A stretch of DNA of 64,000 nt from the human T2T-CHM13v2.0 reference genome, Homo sapiens. The first letter of the stretch is position 1. The number at the start of each line of letters is the position of its first letter. A model generated the notes under the pieces. The model did not search any database, was not told where the DNA came from, and was given only the letters and a program-made list of their open reading frames with translations. Made by a program: the position numbers and the translations under genes. Location: assembly GCF_009914755.1 (NCBI RefSeq), contig NC_060939.1. The stretch is one strand, 5' to 3'. Shown piece after piece: positions 18,471 through 35,726 of this stretch.

Positions 18471-19309
18471 CTAGAAAAGCAAAAAATAATAATACATAAA
18501 TAATAATAAAAATTTAAAAATAAAAACAAAATCATGGTCAGATAGGCAATACACTCAATTTCTTTTCCTGAATTTGGAAACGAATCGTGCACTATAGTTC
18601 CAATGCCTATCATTACATCTTAAAGGTTGCATGATACAAGAATTCATAAAACTTCCTAGGTCATCAAGGTTACACCCTCACAAAATTAAGACGGAATTTG
18701 GAAGCAGTCTCCCATAGGCATATCCATGATTCAGCCTTCCGGATGTGCCCCGTGTCTTTAGACACTCCAACACCCCACCCTTCCACCCATACACGCCTCT
18801 GCAGGTGACAGTCCATTTCTAAATGTTTCTGTAGACACTTGGGCAACAGGTCTTTGGAGAGGCCTGCCAAACACCTAGATCTGACTTCTACCAGAATTCT
18901 AAACTCTTACGTAATTTTTTCTAAGAGGCCACGTTGTAGATTCTGGGGCCTCAGAGGGAATTAGGTGAGATTATCTATGGATCAGAAAAAATACTTAAAT
19001 CTTTCCATAAGAAGAGGGCAAGAAGGTGTGGTTCTTTAAAGGGATAAGCTAGTTTGGCCAGTTTGTTTCATCTCTATTGGAAAAAAAAATCCTACCACGC
19101 TAAGATATTCTCCTGGGTTTGTGATTTCATCTTATGGGATATCTTAGCTATGCACAAATATCAAACTAAATACATTTTCCATGCTTAATAAATTATCAGG
19201 CTGACTTCAGCCCTGCTTTATACAATTTCTTGACACCTACCTTTACCACAACCTCAAAAATTACTAAAAAGAGAAATACTTTGTTGAGTATATATGGAGA
19301 AAGAACACT

Positions 19310-19520
19310 CCTAGCCTGTAATCACTCCAAGCTACTTGGTAGGCTGAGGCAGAAGAGTTGTTTAACCCTAGGACTTGGAGTCTAGTCTCCACACACACAC
19401 ACAAATTTAATTAGCTGGGTGTGGTAGCACATGCCTGCAGTCCTAGCTACTTGGGAGGCTGAGGTGGGAGGACAGCTTGAGTCCAGGAGTTGGAGGACGC
19501 AGTGAGCTACAATTGTGGGA
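19310..19520 (+). mobile_element. Degraded Alu (AluJ-like)
   Basis: Partial left arm and right arm. Confidence 0.75.
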
Positions 19521-20004
19521 ATAATAGCGTCCAAGCTGCAAGTCTCACAGTGTAAATGACGGATGGGAAAGCAATTTGAAAAGACAGAGTGATATACAAA
19601 GGTGAAGCTTAACTTACTTAATCCATCTTTGGATTAATTTACTTAATCCATTTTATTGTGCAGTGACTTACTGTAGAAAAGGGGGCCTGGCTGAGAAGTT
19701 GCTGCTCACTGCCGTGCTCTGGAAGATGAGAGTTTGGTGGGGAGGGGTTAGGATGAGGGGGCTTTGTATCCGATACCCAGTGTTCTTCCCATGCTGTAGG
19801 CAGGGGGCTCATAGGGGGAGCTACCCAGTGAGGGCTGCAAGCTATGCCTAGGACTGGTCACCTAAAGAACCCTATGCAGGAACCAGAATATGTGATCTCT
19901 ACCTTAACCTTATGGTCAGGAGTGGATACCTGGATAGGACCTCAGGATATGGTTTTAAATGGACTTCTAGTCCACAATAAGATTGTGCAGGATTATTATA
20001 ATTA

Positions 20005-21032
20005 TTATTTTAATTTAACAGAGTTTAACTGAGCAAAGAATGCTTCGTGAATAAGGCCGCCCTGGAACAAGAATAGATTCACAGAGCCTCCAGTGCTGCC
20101 ATATGCCATAAGATTTTTGGGCAGAAAAAGGAAAGTGATATACAGAAAATGGAAGTGAGGGCTGGCCCTGGCTCAGGCCTGTAATCTCAGCACTTTGGGA
20201 GGCTGAGGTGGGAGGACCACTTGAGGTCAGGAGTCCGAGACCAGTCTGGCCAACGTGGCAAAACCCAGTATCTACTAAAAACACAAAAATTAGCCAGGCG
20301 TGTTGGCAGATGCCTGTAATCCCAGCTACTCAGGAGGCTGAGGCAGGAGAATTGCTTGAATCCAGGAGGTGGAGGTTGCAGTGAGCTGAGATTGCAGTAT
20401 TGCACTCCAGTCTGGTGAAGAGCGAGACTCCGTCTCAAAACAAAACAAACAAACAAAAAAATATATATCTAGAAAATGGAAGTGAGGTACAGAAACAGCC
20501 AGATTAGTTACAGATTAGTTTAGAATTTGCCTTATTTGAACACAGTTTGAATAGTTGGCCACCTTTGATTGGCCAAAACTCAGTGACTGGCAGAAAAGTA
20601 GGTTATAGTTTGTTTATACATCTGGTTAGGCTACAGTTCACTGTGCACAGAGAAACATTTAGCGCTGGGTGTGATGGCTAATGCCTGTAATCCCAGCACT
20701 TTCTGAGGCAAGGCCAGAGGATCACTTGAACCCAGCAGTTCCAGATCAACCTGGGCAACATAGTGAGACCTCCTCTCTACAAAAAAGAAACAAAATTAGC
20801 TGGACATGGTGGTGTGTGCCTGTAGTCCCAGCTATTTGCTTGGGAAGCTGCGGTCGGGGGATCGCTTGAGTCCTGGAGGTGGAGGTTCCTGTGAGCCAAG
20901 ATCACAGCACTGCGCTTCAGCATGGGTGACAGAGTGAGACTTTGTTTCAAAAGAAAAAAAAAAAAGAAGAAAACATTTAGATCCAACTTAAAATATGTAA
21001 GGAGGCAGCTTTAGGCTAAACTTAATTTAACA
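20005..21032 (-). mobile_element. MER57-type ERV1 LTR, interrupted by two Alus (20160-20460, 20663-20968)
   Basis: The minus strand starts TGTTAAATTAAGTTTAGCCTAAAGCTGCCTCCTTACATATTTTAAG (MER57 consensus). Alu TSDs are agaaaatggaagtgagg and aaacatttag. Confidence 0.85.
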
Positions 21033-21640
<608 letters not shown>

Positions 21641-21949
21641 CAAGTGCACAAACAACATTAATGACTCTTTGAAAATGAGAAAGTAGAGGACTGTAAGAAA
21701 GACACGAAGATGGAAAATGGAAGGAAATGGAGTGAAAAGCAAGCTATGGGCAGTGGGGGAAAGTCATTGCCCAGTAAGGCTTCAACGCTGCTGAACTGTC
21801 ATACTTGACCTTTGCATGTCACTCTATATTTTCCAAACTCGTTTCCTATCTGTGGTCTTACTGAACCTCTCAGCTATCTGTGACAAAACTATAGAGTGGG
21901 CATTTCCTTTACCTGATTCTTCCCTCCCCTGAGACTCTCAAAGTCATTA

Positions 21950-22120
21950 GGACCTGACTTCAACTCCTAGCTCCATCACTCAGTAGATTTTAGTACTTCA
22001 TCTCTCTGAGCCTCAGTTTCCTCATCTGTGAAATGGAGATAGATGTTATGACACAGCCAGCATCCAGGGCTGTTTTATTATTGCTGCAAGTATAACATAG
22101 TACATGGCACTCAGTAAATA
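21950..22120 (+). mobile_element. MIR
   Basis: Core ctctgagcctcagtttcctcatctgtgaaatggaga. Confidence 0.8.
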
Positions 22121-23035
22121 CCAGTTTTACAATAATCTGTTACTATTAGCAGTAAAATTGAGCATATTTTTTAGAAATTCTACATTTCCTTAAAGAGAAC
22201 ACTTCAAAAGATAAATGGTCTAAAAGGGATGTGTATACAGCAACCCTTTTCAGAAAACTGGAGAGAAACACACATGCACAGCACTACCATCTACAGCGCC
22301 TTGGCTGTCATTGAGGACGCCAAGCCAGCTCTGTGCGCCTGCTGATCAGGGCACTAGGGCAGGGCCAGCCTCTGCTGACAGTGTTTCCCTTGTGCTGGGC
22401 TCCCATAAAGGCAGCATTATCAAAGGTCTTTCGCGTGGCAGCCTCCTTCGGCTCCAGCTACCAGCACCATTCATCTGGCAACAATGGGGTGGGCTCTTGC
22501 TCTGGGTAAATTGCCTTCCACTTCAACTGATGAATTTGTGTGGGCTCTCTTTTGTTTGCTTTTTAGGGGTCAGGATTAATGAATACTCTTGTGCTTCTGC
22601 TGCAGTGGGAAGGAAAAGGAAAGGAAAAAGATGCAGAGATGGGGAGGCCTGGGGAAGTGATGAACCACAGAATAAAATATATTAAGGAGAATTACAGCTT
22701 CCATTTTTACTATACAACTGAAATGGCTATGGAGCTGATTATGAATAGGAACCAGGGTCAAATTAATAAATGAAGTAATACAAGATTCATTTTTCATGTT
22801 GAAGTCATAGTCATAGTTTAACAATGGTTCTGATTCTGCAAATCAGTACCCATTGCTCTATTTTTTTACCCATAACTGATTTTTATTCCTTAGATTTTTG
22901 TGGCATATATGGAAGCAGGAAGATCCCTAAGCTGTAGGTCCTACATCCTATTTAACTAATTTTCTATGCAAATAAGGCTCAAATATTAGACAGTCCTAAG
23001 CTTTTTTGAGCTCTGCTCTAAAAAGCAGATCATTG

Positions 23036-23350
23036 GCCAGGCGTGGTGGCTCACCAGCACTTTGGGAGGCTGAGGCAGGTGGATCACCTGAGGTCAGGCG
23101 TTCAAGACTAGCCTGACCAACATGGTGAAATACCGTCTCTACTAAAAATACAAAATTAGCCAGGTGTGGTGGTGCATGCCTGTAATCTCAGCTACTTGGG
23201 AGGCTGAGGCAGGAGAATTGTTTGAACCCGGAAGGCGGAGGTTGCAGTGAGCGGAGATCATGCCCAGCCTGGGCAACAAGAGCAAAATTCTGTCTCAAAA
23301 AAAATAATAATAATAAAATAAAAATAAAATAATAAAAATTAAAAAATAAA
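23036..23350 (+). mobile_element. Alu (AluSq/Sx-like)
   Basis: TSD taaaaagcagatcatt. Confidence 0.93.
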
Positions 23351-23466
23351 AATAAAAAGCAGATCATTAAAAATCAAACAATGTCACTCAAGTTTCTCCA
23401 ATAAAAAATTCATAATAGAAAAGTGCAAAAGTACTGCTAACTTCAAGAAAAACCATGTCTGCATCA

Positions 23467-23607
<141 letters not shown>

Positions 23608-23758
23608 TTAACTCAGTTAAGGTCCATCATTAATATTCATAGCTACACATTTTTCAAATTAAGTAACCAGATGTTATCAAGAATTCACAATGACTGTCCA
23701 AGTGGAAAGTTTGTGTACTTGTTTTCTAAAAGATTACAAGTAAAGACGAAAGCAATCA

Positions 23759-24748
<990 letters not shown>

Positions 24749-25054
24749 ACAGTAATAATCATAAATAAGGTAGTTTTCAGAGAAGAAAATTATAAACCCA
24801 CCTACATCAGGTTTAGGGAAAGAAGGTATTATTTCTGCTTGGGGAATACAAGATGGCCTCTCAGAGAGGCTATGCTTATGCTGGGCCTTAAAAATTTTAC
24901 ACATTTTAATATATGAAAATAAATGAAGACTTATGATCACATGAAAAATATTTCCAATTATTCATTCAACAATCAACTAATTTGAATTGGGTGCTTACTT
25001 AACATGCCAGGCACTGTTTTAGATGCTCGGGATATGACAGTGAACAAAATAAAT

Positions 25055-25116
25055 AGAATATATATAACTTCTTGACTTCATGGAGAGAATAAATATAACT
25101 TCTTGACTTCATGGAG
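25055..25116. repeat. 31-bp tandem duplication within an L2 3' fragment
   Basis: agaata(t/a)atataacttcttgacttcatggag x2, one mismatch. Confidence 0.9.
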
Positions 25117-26127
25117 AAAAAAAATCTAAACAACACACAGAGACATTCAAAACTGTTTCTTTCAATGATCAATTTCAAGGTGTTTAGAAATTTTACAAAT
25201 AAATTGTTAAACAGAAAGTTATTTACAAATATATAGTTTTAGATAAAGACTTAAAACTATGAGATTTCCTCCCACAGGAGAACATTTTTATATTTACATA
25301 TTAAGACCTGTGTACCATGAAAACCAGCCCAGGTGTTCAGTCAGATTGGCTGGTGCTGATGGAGATAAAATAGGACCTACCTGATAGTCTCATTTTACTT
25401 AAATAAAATAATTATAGAACACTCAGCACTGTGAGCACAGCACATAGTAATGGCTTTTCCTTAATTAATATCCTCTAAGGCACATGTTTTATCATGTAAT
25501 ATCTCAAATCATGATGCATGTTTCAAGTGTGGCTTAACATGCCAGGTGCTGTTTTAGAGGCAATGGTTTGTTAGTTTCTATTAGACACAGTGTTATTACT
25601 ACTTAATACAAATCAATGTGAGATGGATCATATAATCATATAATTTTTTTAAAGATAATATTTTAGATTATTGTGCATATACAAAGGTAAGCATGCAGAA
25701 TGACATGATTATGCTTTTACTTCTCTTTGTCACTGACCAGAAAGATCTTCATACTTGAAGGGGTGGAACATGAATTGCTATTAGGGAAGATGAAGTGGTT
25801 TTAAGACCACTTCAGCAGTGCCCAGTTCTGGTCTAAGGGCAGGCCATAGTGCTAAGAGAAAATGCTGATGAGACAGTGATTGAGCCATAACTGAAAATTA
25901 CTGAAGAGTTATGGAAGAAGGGCCATGGAAAATGTATTCCCAATTGCCAAAGTCAGATGAGGCCAATGATAGATTAGTGAAAATTTAGGACACATACATG
26001 TACTGTTAAAATTATCAAGCAGGTAAGACGTCCATGATGCCGTAGCCAAGACTCAATAAGGCGTCATAAAATTAATTAAACACATATACATTTACATCTT
26101 AGCACCAAATAACAACCTATTTGACTT

Positions 26128-26340
26128 CAGGTTGACTGTCCCTTATCCAAAATGCTTTTTGCAGATTGTGCTTTTTTTCATATTTTGGAACGTTTGCATT
26201 ACACTCACCACCAGTTCAGCATCCCTAACCCAAAAATCCAAAATCGAAATGCTCTGAAGAGCATCGTGTCGATTATCAAAACATTTCAAACTTTGCAGCA
26301 TTTCAAATTTGGAATTTTCAGATTAAGGATACTCAGCCTG
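26128..26340 (+). mobile_element. Tigger4a/MER46 (TcMar-Tigger MITE)
   Basis: Terminal inverted repeats caggttgactgtcccttatccaaaa / ttttcagattaaggatactcagcctg followed by TA. Confidence 0.8.
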
Positions 26341-26342
26341 TA

Positions 26343-26460
26343 CAGGGAAACTGAGGCACGGAGAAATTTTTAAAAGTTGCTTAAGGTCACACACTATAAG
26401 TGGCAGAGCTAGGATTCAAACTCAGGCAGTCTGGATCCCACGCCCATACTCTTAATCAAA
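26343..26460 (-). mobile_element. MIR
   Basis: gggaaactgaggcac...aaggtcacac...ggattcaaactcaggcagtctg. Confidence 0.8.
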
Positions 26461-26507
26461 AGCTAGAATGTCTAAGATAAGCAGGTACTGTTGCGTTAAT
26501 ATTATTA

Positions 26508-26705
26508 CTGGTAGCCAGATTTAGCAAATAAAAACACAGAAAACTAGTTAAATTGGAAAGTCATTCAAACAAGAATTTTTTTAAGTATGTTCCAAATAAG
26601 TATGTTCCCCAGTAATATTTGGTACATACTTATAGTAAAAAGTAACTTGTTGTTTATCTGAAATTCAAACTTAACCAGCAGTCCTGAATTTTATCTGGCA
26701 ACCCT
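26508..26705. mobile_element. MER53 palindromic hAT MITE
   Basis: gccagatttagcaaataaaaa...ttgtttatctgaaattcaaa...atctggcaaccct. Confidence 0.85.
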
Positions 26706-26832
26706 AAATTGGCAGCCTCTTCTAACTTAGATTCTCTGATGCTTTGCATACTCGAAAACCTAATTCCCTTAGGTGGATTTTTAAAGTATCTTTTCTAATT
26801 GGTAAGGACCTAATCAAAATTGAATGAACGAG

Positions 26833-28088
<1,256 letters not shown>

Positions 28089-28707
28089 TAAAATGGCTGT
28101 TTCTACAGAAAAACTAAGGAGAATTTAATTGATTTAAAGAAAATAAACATATCGTAGTTATTTCCGGTGAGAGTTTGGAATAATTGTTTATCTAAACAAT
28201 TCTCACCTTTTCCACCTTGCTATGTCTGCAGAGACCTTAGCTATTTTCCGGACACCTGTGCTCTCCTGCTGCTTTGGGAACTCCAGGTAATTCCAACAAT
28301 GCTCACTCCCACTCCTGTTGCATAATTCAGGTGTGCCTCTGGGAAAAGCCGTTCGGATCATTGTCTTTACCCACATAATCCTTGGTGGTGAAGGTGTGGC
28401 CTAAGGTTAATTTTCAAACTGCATAAAGATATGAAGCTATGATACCAAAAAACAGAAGGAAAAAAATGCCAATTATTTAAAAGACTCTGGGAGACAGAAG
28501 AAACCCAAGATATCTTTAACTGATGGGTTCCCAAATGCCTGCCCGTGGATCTATCAGTTTTCATTGACCTGCAGCAAGAATGACAAAAAAACAAACAATG
28601 CACTGAATTTTTCATAAAGCTTAATTTATTCAAAATAAAGAAACTGTCCTTTATTCTTAGATTATGTCCTTCCTACGTTTTTGGTGTAAAAATATTTTCT
28701 TTTATGA

Positions 28708-29416
<709 letters not shown>

Positions 29417-30808
29417 GTTAAAATCTATTTGAATAGTCAGTGAATTTCCCAAAACCACCTACGCTGGTCGAGTGGACTTCCTTGGGTTCATCCCTGAGGT
29501 GGCACAGGGAGGTGAGTTGACTTCCCCAGAGTCACGTGGAGAGTGGGTGGCCTGGAACTCGAAGCTTTGGCTCCAGCCCGGCATCTGTCTTGCTATATAG
29601 CATGCTGCCCCTCCAGTGAACTGGATGCCAAGGGCCAGACCTCACTCGGAACAACTACGCTGCTTTGAAATCTAGTGGGTCTGGCACGAAAATCTGGACT
29701 CCTAATTCAAGGATTAAAAATGCCAAACACACCTGAGTGTGGTCTTTGAGTAAAAACAAGTTTGGAGAAAGTTGGACCGAATGAGCACAGAGTGCTTTGC
29801 GCAGGAACTCTTTTCGTCGGCCAAGTGGTCAGAAGTGCTCTCTCCCTATGCACAATAGACAACACTGTAATGTTTTCCTCATAGATCTTACAATGTAATT
29901 GTAAAAAGTGTGGCAACATTGATGACAAACAGATGGCAAATTAAACCTTGTCATAGGACAAATAACTCAAAAATAGGGAGTTTTATTGGTAAACGATGTC
30001 AGCATTTTCTAAGTGGATTTTTTTTTCCTAATGTAGAAGAAATGTGCATTCAGCCTGAATGCATTAACAATCGATCGCCCCAAATGCTGACTTTCAACAC
30101 AAGACAATGTGCAGGAATTAGATATAGAAGGGATAAAGTGAGCAATTTTATAACTCAATGTGAAATCAAGTCTCTTCTCGTCTTAACAATTAAACATAGG
30201 AGAGGAAAAAACCCAACTCTTACTTACAGTAATGCCATTCTATTATAATATTCCCTTAACATTGAAGTGTTAAAGGATGCTTTTACCACTTAGCAGAGGA
30301 AGACTTGCAGCAGAGCCCCTGTATTATTTCACAAACATCCATCAAGCTCCCTCAAAGCTGAAAGCTACTCTGTGCTAATGATAGAAAGCACATTTATGCT
30401 GGGCTTCCCATATATTCAGTGGGTAGAGATTTCTAAAACATAAAGTCATTAGTGGTCAAGTAACTCATTTCCTTGGTAGAACACACGATTAGTCAGTCAT
30501 CGATTCAAAGGCATTAATTCAAAGGCGCATAAACAGCCCTCTCTGTGTGAGTCATTTAAAAATTCTGTTGTCTGAATTTAAAAAGCAAGTCTTAACAGTC
30601 AACAAATTGTCAATGAATACTTAATACAATGCACCATGCCAAAAATTATGCAGAAAACCAAGAAATACATGAGGCAGGATGATGCCATTTTTGTTAAAAT
30701 TAACAAGAAAGCACACATATATGCATGGCCATATGTGGTTAAACTGAAAGCTCTACACCAAGAGATTAATAAGAACTAACCTTTGGTGATGGGTTCTGGG
30801 TGACTTTG

Positions 30809-30811
<3 letters not shown>

Positions 30812-30852
<41 letters not shown>
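30812..30852. repeat. Poly(T) tract, about 41 nt
   Basis: Uninterrupted T run. Confidence 0.95.
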
Positions 30853-30855
<3 letters not shown>

Positions 30856-31687
30856 TCACTGCATGGTATGAGCCATGTTAAATGAACCTACATTGCTCTA
30901 AAGGGTTTTTATATGCTGCTTTTTGAAGAAGATATATAAGACATAGTCCCTGCTTCTGGTGTTTTGGGAGTAAACAATCGTGATTGGGAGGAGTGAGGCC
31001 GCCTGGAGTTATGAAGGACTGACTACGGACATCATTTGTTTGTTTTTATACTCAGCTTACCAAAAAACCGTATTTCCATCTTTATAATGCAGTAAGTCCA
31101 GCCCACATTCCAAGAACATTTCAAAATATAATTTGTACAACTACTACATTCAGCGGAAATGAAGACTTCTATGGGCTTGTCAATACTCCATTTATAACGG
31201 TTTCTGTGGCAAAATGCATTTTAATTTCCAATAAACAAGTTTACAGTGGAATTTTTGGAAAATAACTCGGAAATATGGGAAGCACTTACACACCTGCATG
31301 GTAATAATGACTCATACTTACTGTTTACTTGCTGCATTCTTTATTTGGTTTCACCCTACAACAGCCTTATGTGGGAGATTTTATTATTACTCCCATTTTA
31401 CAGGTACGGAAAGCAAGGCACAGAGGTCACAAAACGTTTCGGTCACCAAATCTATGCAGAGCAAGGTTTGAAGCCAGACAGTCCAGATCCACATCCTGCC
31501 ACCCAGCTCCTTCTAATCAATTAACTGCCAGTTTTCATGTGCTGTGGGTGCTGCACGTAAAAGTGATTAACATTTTTTGACGGTGTTAAGTCCGGATAAA
31601 GTAAGCATATTTCAGTATTTTGACCAAATAAAATAAAAACCTGCAACTGAACATAACTGTTTTTGTACAATTCAATTAAATGAAGCT

Positions 31688-31975
31688 GCTGGGCGCAGTG
31701 GCTCACGCCTGTAATCCCAGCACTTTGGGAGGCTGAGGTGGACAGATCATGAGGTGAAGAGATTGAGACCATCCCGGCCAACATGGTGAATGAAACCCCA
31801 CCTCTACTAAAAATACAAAAATTAGCTGGGCGTGGTGGTGCACGCCTGTAGTCCCAGCTACTCGGGAGGCTGAGGAAGGAGTGAATCTGGGAGGCGAAGG
31901 TTGCAGTGAGCCAAGATTTCGCCAACTGCACTTCAGCCTGGCGAGAGAGCAAGACTCCATCTCAAAAAAAAAAAA
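31688..31975 (+). mobile_element. Alu (AluSc-like)
   Basis: Full dimer. Confidence 0.92.
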
Positions 31976-32000
31976 GGAAGCCCTGCACAGGTATCTGGAG

Positions 32001-32215
32001 CAGAAGTCAGCAAATTTTTTTCTGCAAAGGGCCAGAAAGTAAATATTTGAGACTTTGCAGAGAGTCTGTTACAACTACTTAGCTCTGCCACCATAGTGTG
32101 AAAACAACCCTAAACAATAACTAAACAAATGAGCATGGCTGTGTTCCAACAAAACTGCTGTCCAAAAAATGGTGGTAAGTAAGATTTTGTCTGTCAGCCA
32201 TAGGTCACCACCCTG
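32001..32215 (+). mobile_element. MER58A (hAT-Charlie)
   Basis: cagaagtcagcaaa...aaagggccagaaagtaaata...gcatggctgtgttccaacaaaac. Confidence 0.8.
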
Positions 32216-32234
32216 ATCCAGAAGTTATATAAGT

Positions 32235-32750
<516 letters not shown>

Positions 32751-32755
32751 TTCAC

Positions 32756-33035
32756 TTTTTTTTTTTGGAGACAGAGTCTTGCTCTGTCACCCAGGCTGAA
32801 GTGCAGTGGTGCGATTTTGGCTTGCTGCAATCTCTGCCTCCCAAACTTAAGCAATTCTCCTGCCTCAACCTCCCAAGTTACAAGTTATGCCTTGTAACTG
32901 GGATTACAAGGCATATGCCACCATACCCCGCTAATTTTGCATTTTTAGTAGAGGTAGGGTTTCACCATGTTGGCCAGCCTGGTCTCAAACTCCTGACCTC
33001 AAGTGATCCACCCGCCTCTGCCTCCCAAAGTGCTA
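32756..33035 (-). mobile_element. Alu (AluS-like)
   Basis: Reverse Alu with an internal palindromic insertion. Confidence 0.9.
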
Positions 33036-34226
33036 TAAAAAGAAAATAAATGTTTTAAATGATGCAATTATAATGTAGCCAATAAATCCAACTATATCTG
33101 TTAATCCTTGAAAACAGAGGTTCAGAGGTTTAACTACAGATATTGGTAAAATTCCCTTATAGTAAATAAGAAACAGCAGAGTACTGGTCAGAATGGTCCA
33201 AATGCCTTGGAATAATGCTGTTAATTATTTAACAGTATTGTTTGTTAAATACCTGATAAGTTGAACCCGACCCCCCACGACTTACCAGTGATGGGATAGG
33301 CAGCCGCTGCAAAAGTTATTACTGCAAAGGTTCCCGTGCTTTTAGCTAATAGTCAAAAAACCAGTTTAAGTAATCATAATAAGCCACTGATGTGAAAACT
33401 ATTCTTCCCCAAGCTTTTTGGGTAAAAATCTAAGATGTATATTACATCAGAAGCAAAGACTCCACTTTTTAATAAGGCATCCATGATACCATACTTTCAG
33501 AAGGCACTATTGGCATCAAAGTTAAACTTTTTGGTACTATTATATAGATTTGACACAGAGTTTTGCATGTCCATGACTAACTCTCACAATAGTTCCACCA
33601 GGATATCTTTACATAGTTGCATCAAACAAAATTCCTATAGAACTTAAGCAAATATCACAGTTCCCTGTTGATAATGAAGTCAACCCATATTTGAATCAAA
33701 TTTCCATTCTGCATTTTTTAAAGCCCCATAAAAAATGGCATCCGGCAAGCTAAAATTGAAACATAAAGAACAACTGAAGAACGTCAAGCATTTTCAATAG
33801 TCCATCTTCACTTCTCACATTTCCTTTAGTAAACATTAAAATGCAGAAAAACTGGCAACATTTTTAAGTCTTTTAAGTGCAGACTCAAATGTCTCTGCTT
33901 TGCAGTCAGGATGCATTATTGATAGAACTCTTTGCAAACCAGGACTTCCTCTAGGAAGAGCAGAGGTTTCAGATACCACGTGCATGACTAGAGCATGTCA
34001 AAGGGACGATATTATAGATTAAAGTAGATGAATACTGGCTGCATCTTTACTTTGTGAAATGCCAGGAGAATAACCGGGCATCATCTTTGCCCTTTGCACA
34101 GCCTGAACCAAGTGATATAAACATACAAAACCTCATTCTGAAACGGTGAAAACAATGTGAGCACACAGCATCTGTTCGGACTTTCAGATAGCTCTTCTCA
34201 AGCCAGGAATAAAGCCACAAGTTCAG

Positions 34227-34344
34227 TTTTTATTTTTATTTTTTATAATAGAGATGGGGTCTCCCTGTGTTGCCAGGATGGTCTGGAACTCCTGCCTTAG
34301 CCTTCCAAAGTGCTGGGATTACACACGTGAGCCACTGCACCCAG
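34227..34344 (-). mobile_element. FLAM/Alu monomer
   Basis: TSD ataaagccacaa; lies about 70 nt from the U12 donor. Confidence 0.85.
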
Positions 34345-34386
34345 CATAAAGCCACAATTTAACTGTGGACACTGTAATATCACTTA

Positions 34387-34581
<195 letters not shown>

Positions 34582-34709
34582 TTACTAGGATAGTTTGTTT
34601 TCCCCTGTAGTAACAAAGACAAAATGCTGTTAATTTCCCAAATATTCTTAAAATAAAATGTAGCAGAAAGAGCAGTGCAGAGAAAGATTCTGCAATCAAT
34701 AAGATGAGG

Positions 34710-34900
34710 ATTCAAGTTCCAGCTTTGCTACCTACAGACTAAGTTAAGTGGGGAAAAGCTACCTAAGCTCATGTGTCCCTGAAGTGACACAAAGTGACTT
34801 CTCTTTTCTCATTTGTAAAATGGGAGACAGACCCATTTCACAACGCTGCTGTAAGGATTAAATAAAATAATATGTGTGAAGTGCTAAACAGTGTCAGGAA
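34710..34900 (+). mobile_element. MIR
   Basis: ttttctcatttgtaaaatggg...gtaaggattaaataaaataatatgtgtgaagtgct. Confidence 0.75.
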
Positions 34901-35444
34901 TACAGCACAACACACGGTCGACAGTCTCGGATGAGACTATCCTTCAACCATACTGTTGTGTTGAATTTGTCGGTGAAAATAAGCAACGACATAGAAACTT
35001 TCTAGTCTCGTTTTGCAAACTACATGACAGAATCCAGAAATGGAAAGAATATGTATCACACAAAGGCTATGTCACACGGTCATAATTTCTCAAGTCATCT
35101 AAATTACTTTCCCTTCATAAACTTATCACTGTCATACGTGTAATACTGGCTTTCCATATTCAAAAGATAGGCTACATTTTTATGACTGATCACTGCTCCA
35201 ATAACGAGGATGTGGACAGGACAGACGAAACGAGATCACGGAACATGCCCAGGAGGGGAAGGCCTCATCCCCGCATGGCCCCCTTGGGTAGATGAAGCTG
35301 TGGCCCTCATCTACGTCTGGGATTTTTCAGCTTCACACCAGGGGCGGCCTCTGAACACTCTGTGGGCTGCAGGGCTTCCTTTCATTTGGCATTTCTGTAG
35401 TGGGGTCCCCCATGTGTTCAGCTACGTGACAAGTTCTTATGGCA

Positions 35445-35589
35445 CACTTGGGGAGCTTAAAGTCCTATGAAGACACCTAGATAATGATGGAACAAAGTGA
35501 CTCATGAGCACTTGGGGAGCTGAGCACTTGGGCAGTTCAAAGTCCCTTGAAGGACACCTAGATAATGATGGAATAAAGTGATTCATGCG
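35445..35589. repeat. Imperfect ~64-bp tandem duplication with a 16-bp partial copy between the units
   Basis: cacttggg..aaagtcc..gacacctagataatgatggaa.aaagtga.tcatg x2. Confidence 0.85.
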
Positions 35590-35726
35590 TCAATAACAGT
35601 CAACATAAACACACACAAAATGGGTGTTCCAGGAGTGGAGGTTAGGCCACTTTGTCCTGGGAGAGGCAGAAGAAATGACTTCCCAGAAAAGGAGCCATTT
35701 GAAGTAGGTCTAAGATATTTAGAATT

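Noticed and set aside
29791-29805. gctttgcgcag, resembling the U4 snRNA 5' end
   Set aside because: The match is only about 11 nt and does not extend; no snRNA, tRNA or rRNA copy was recognised in the window.
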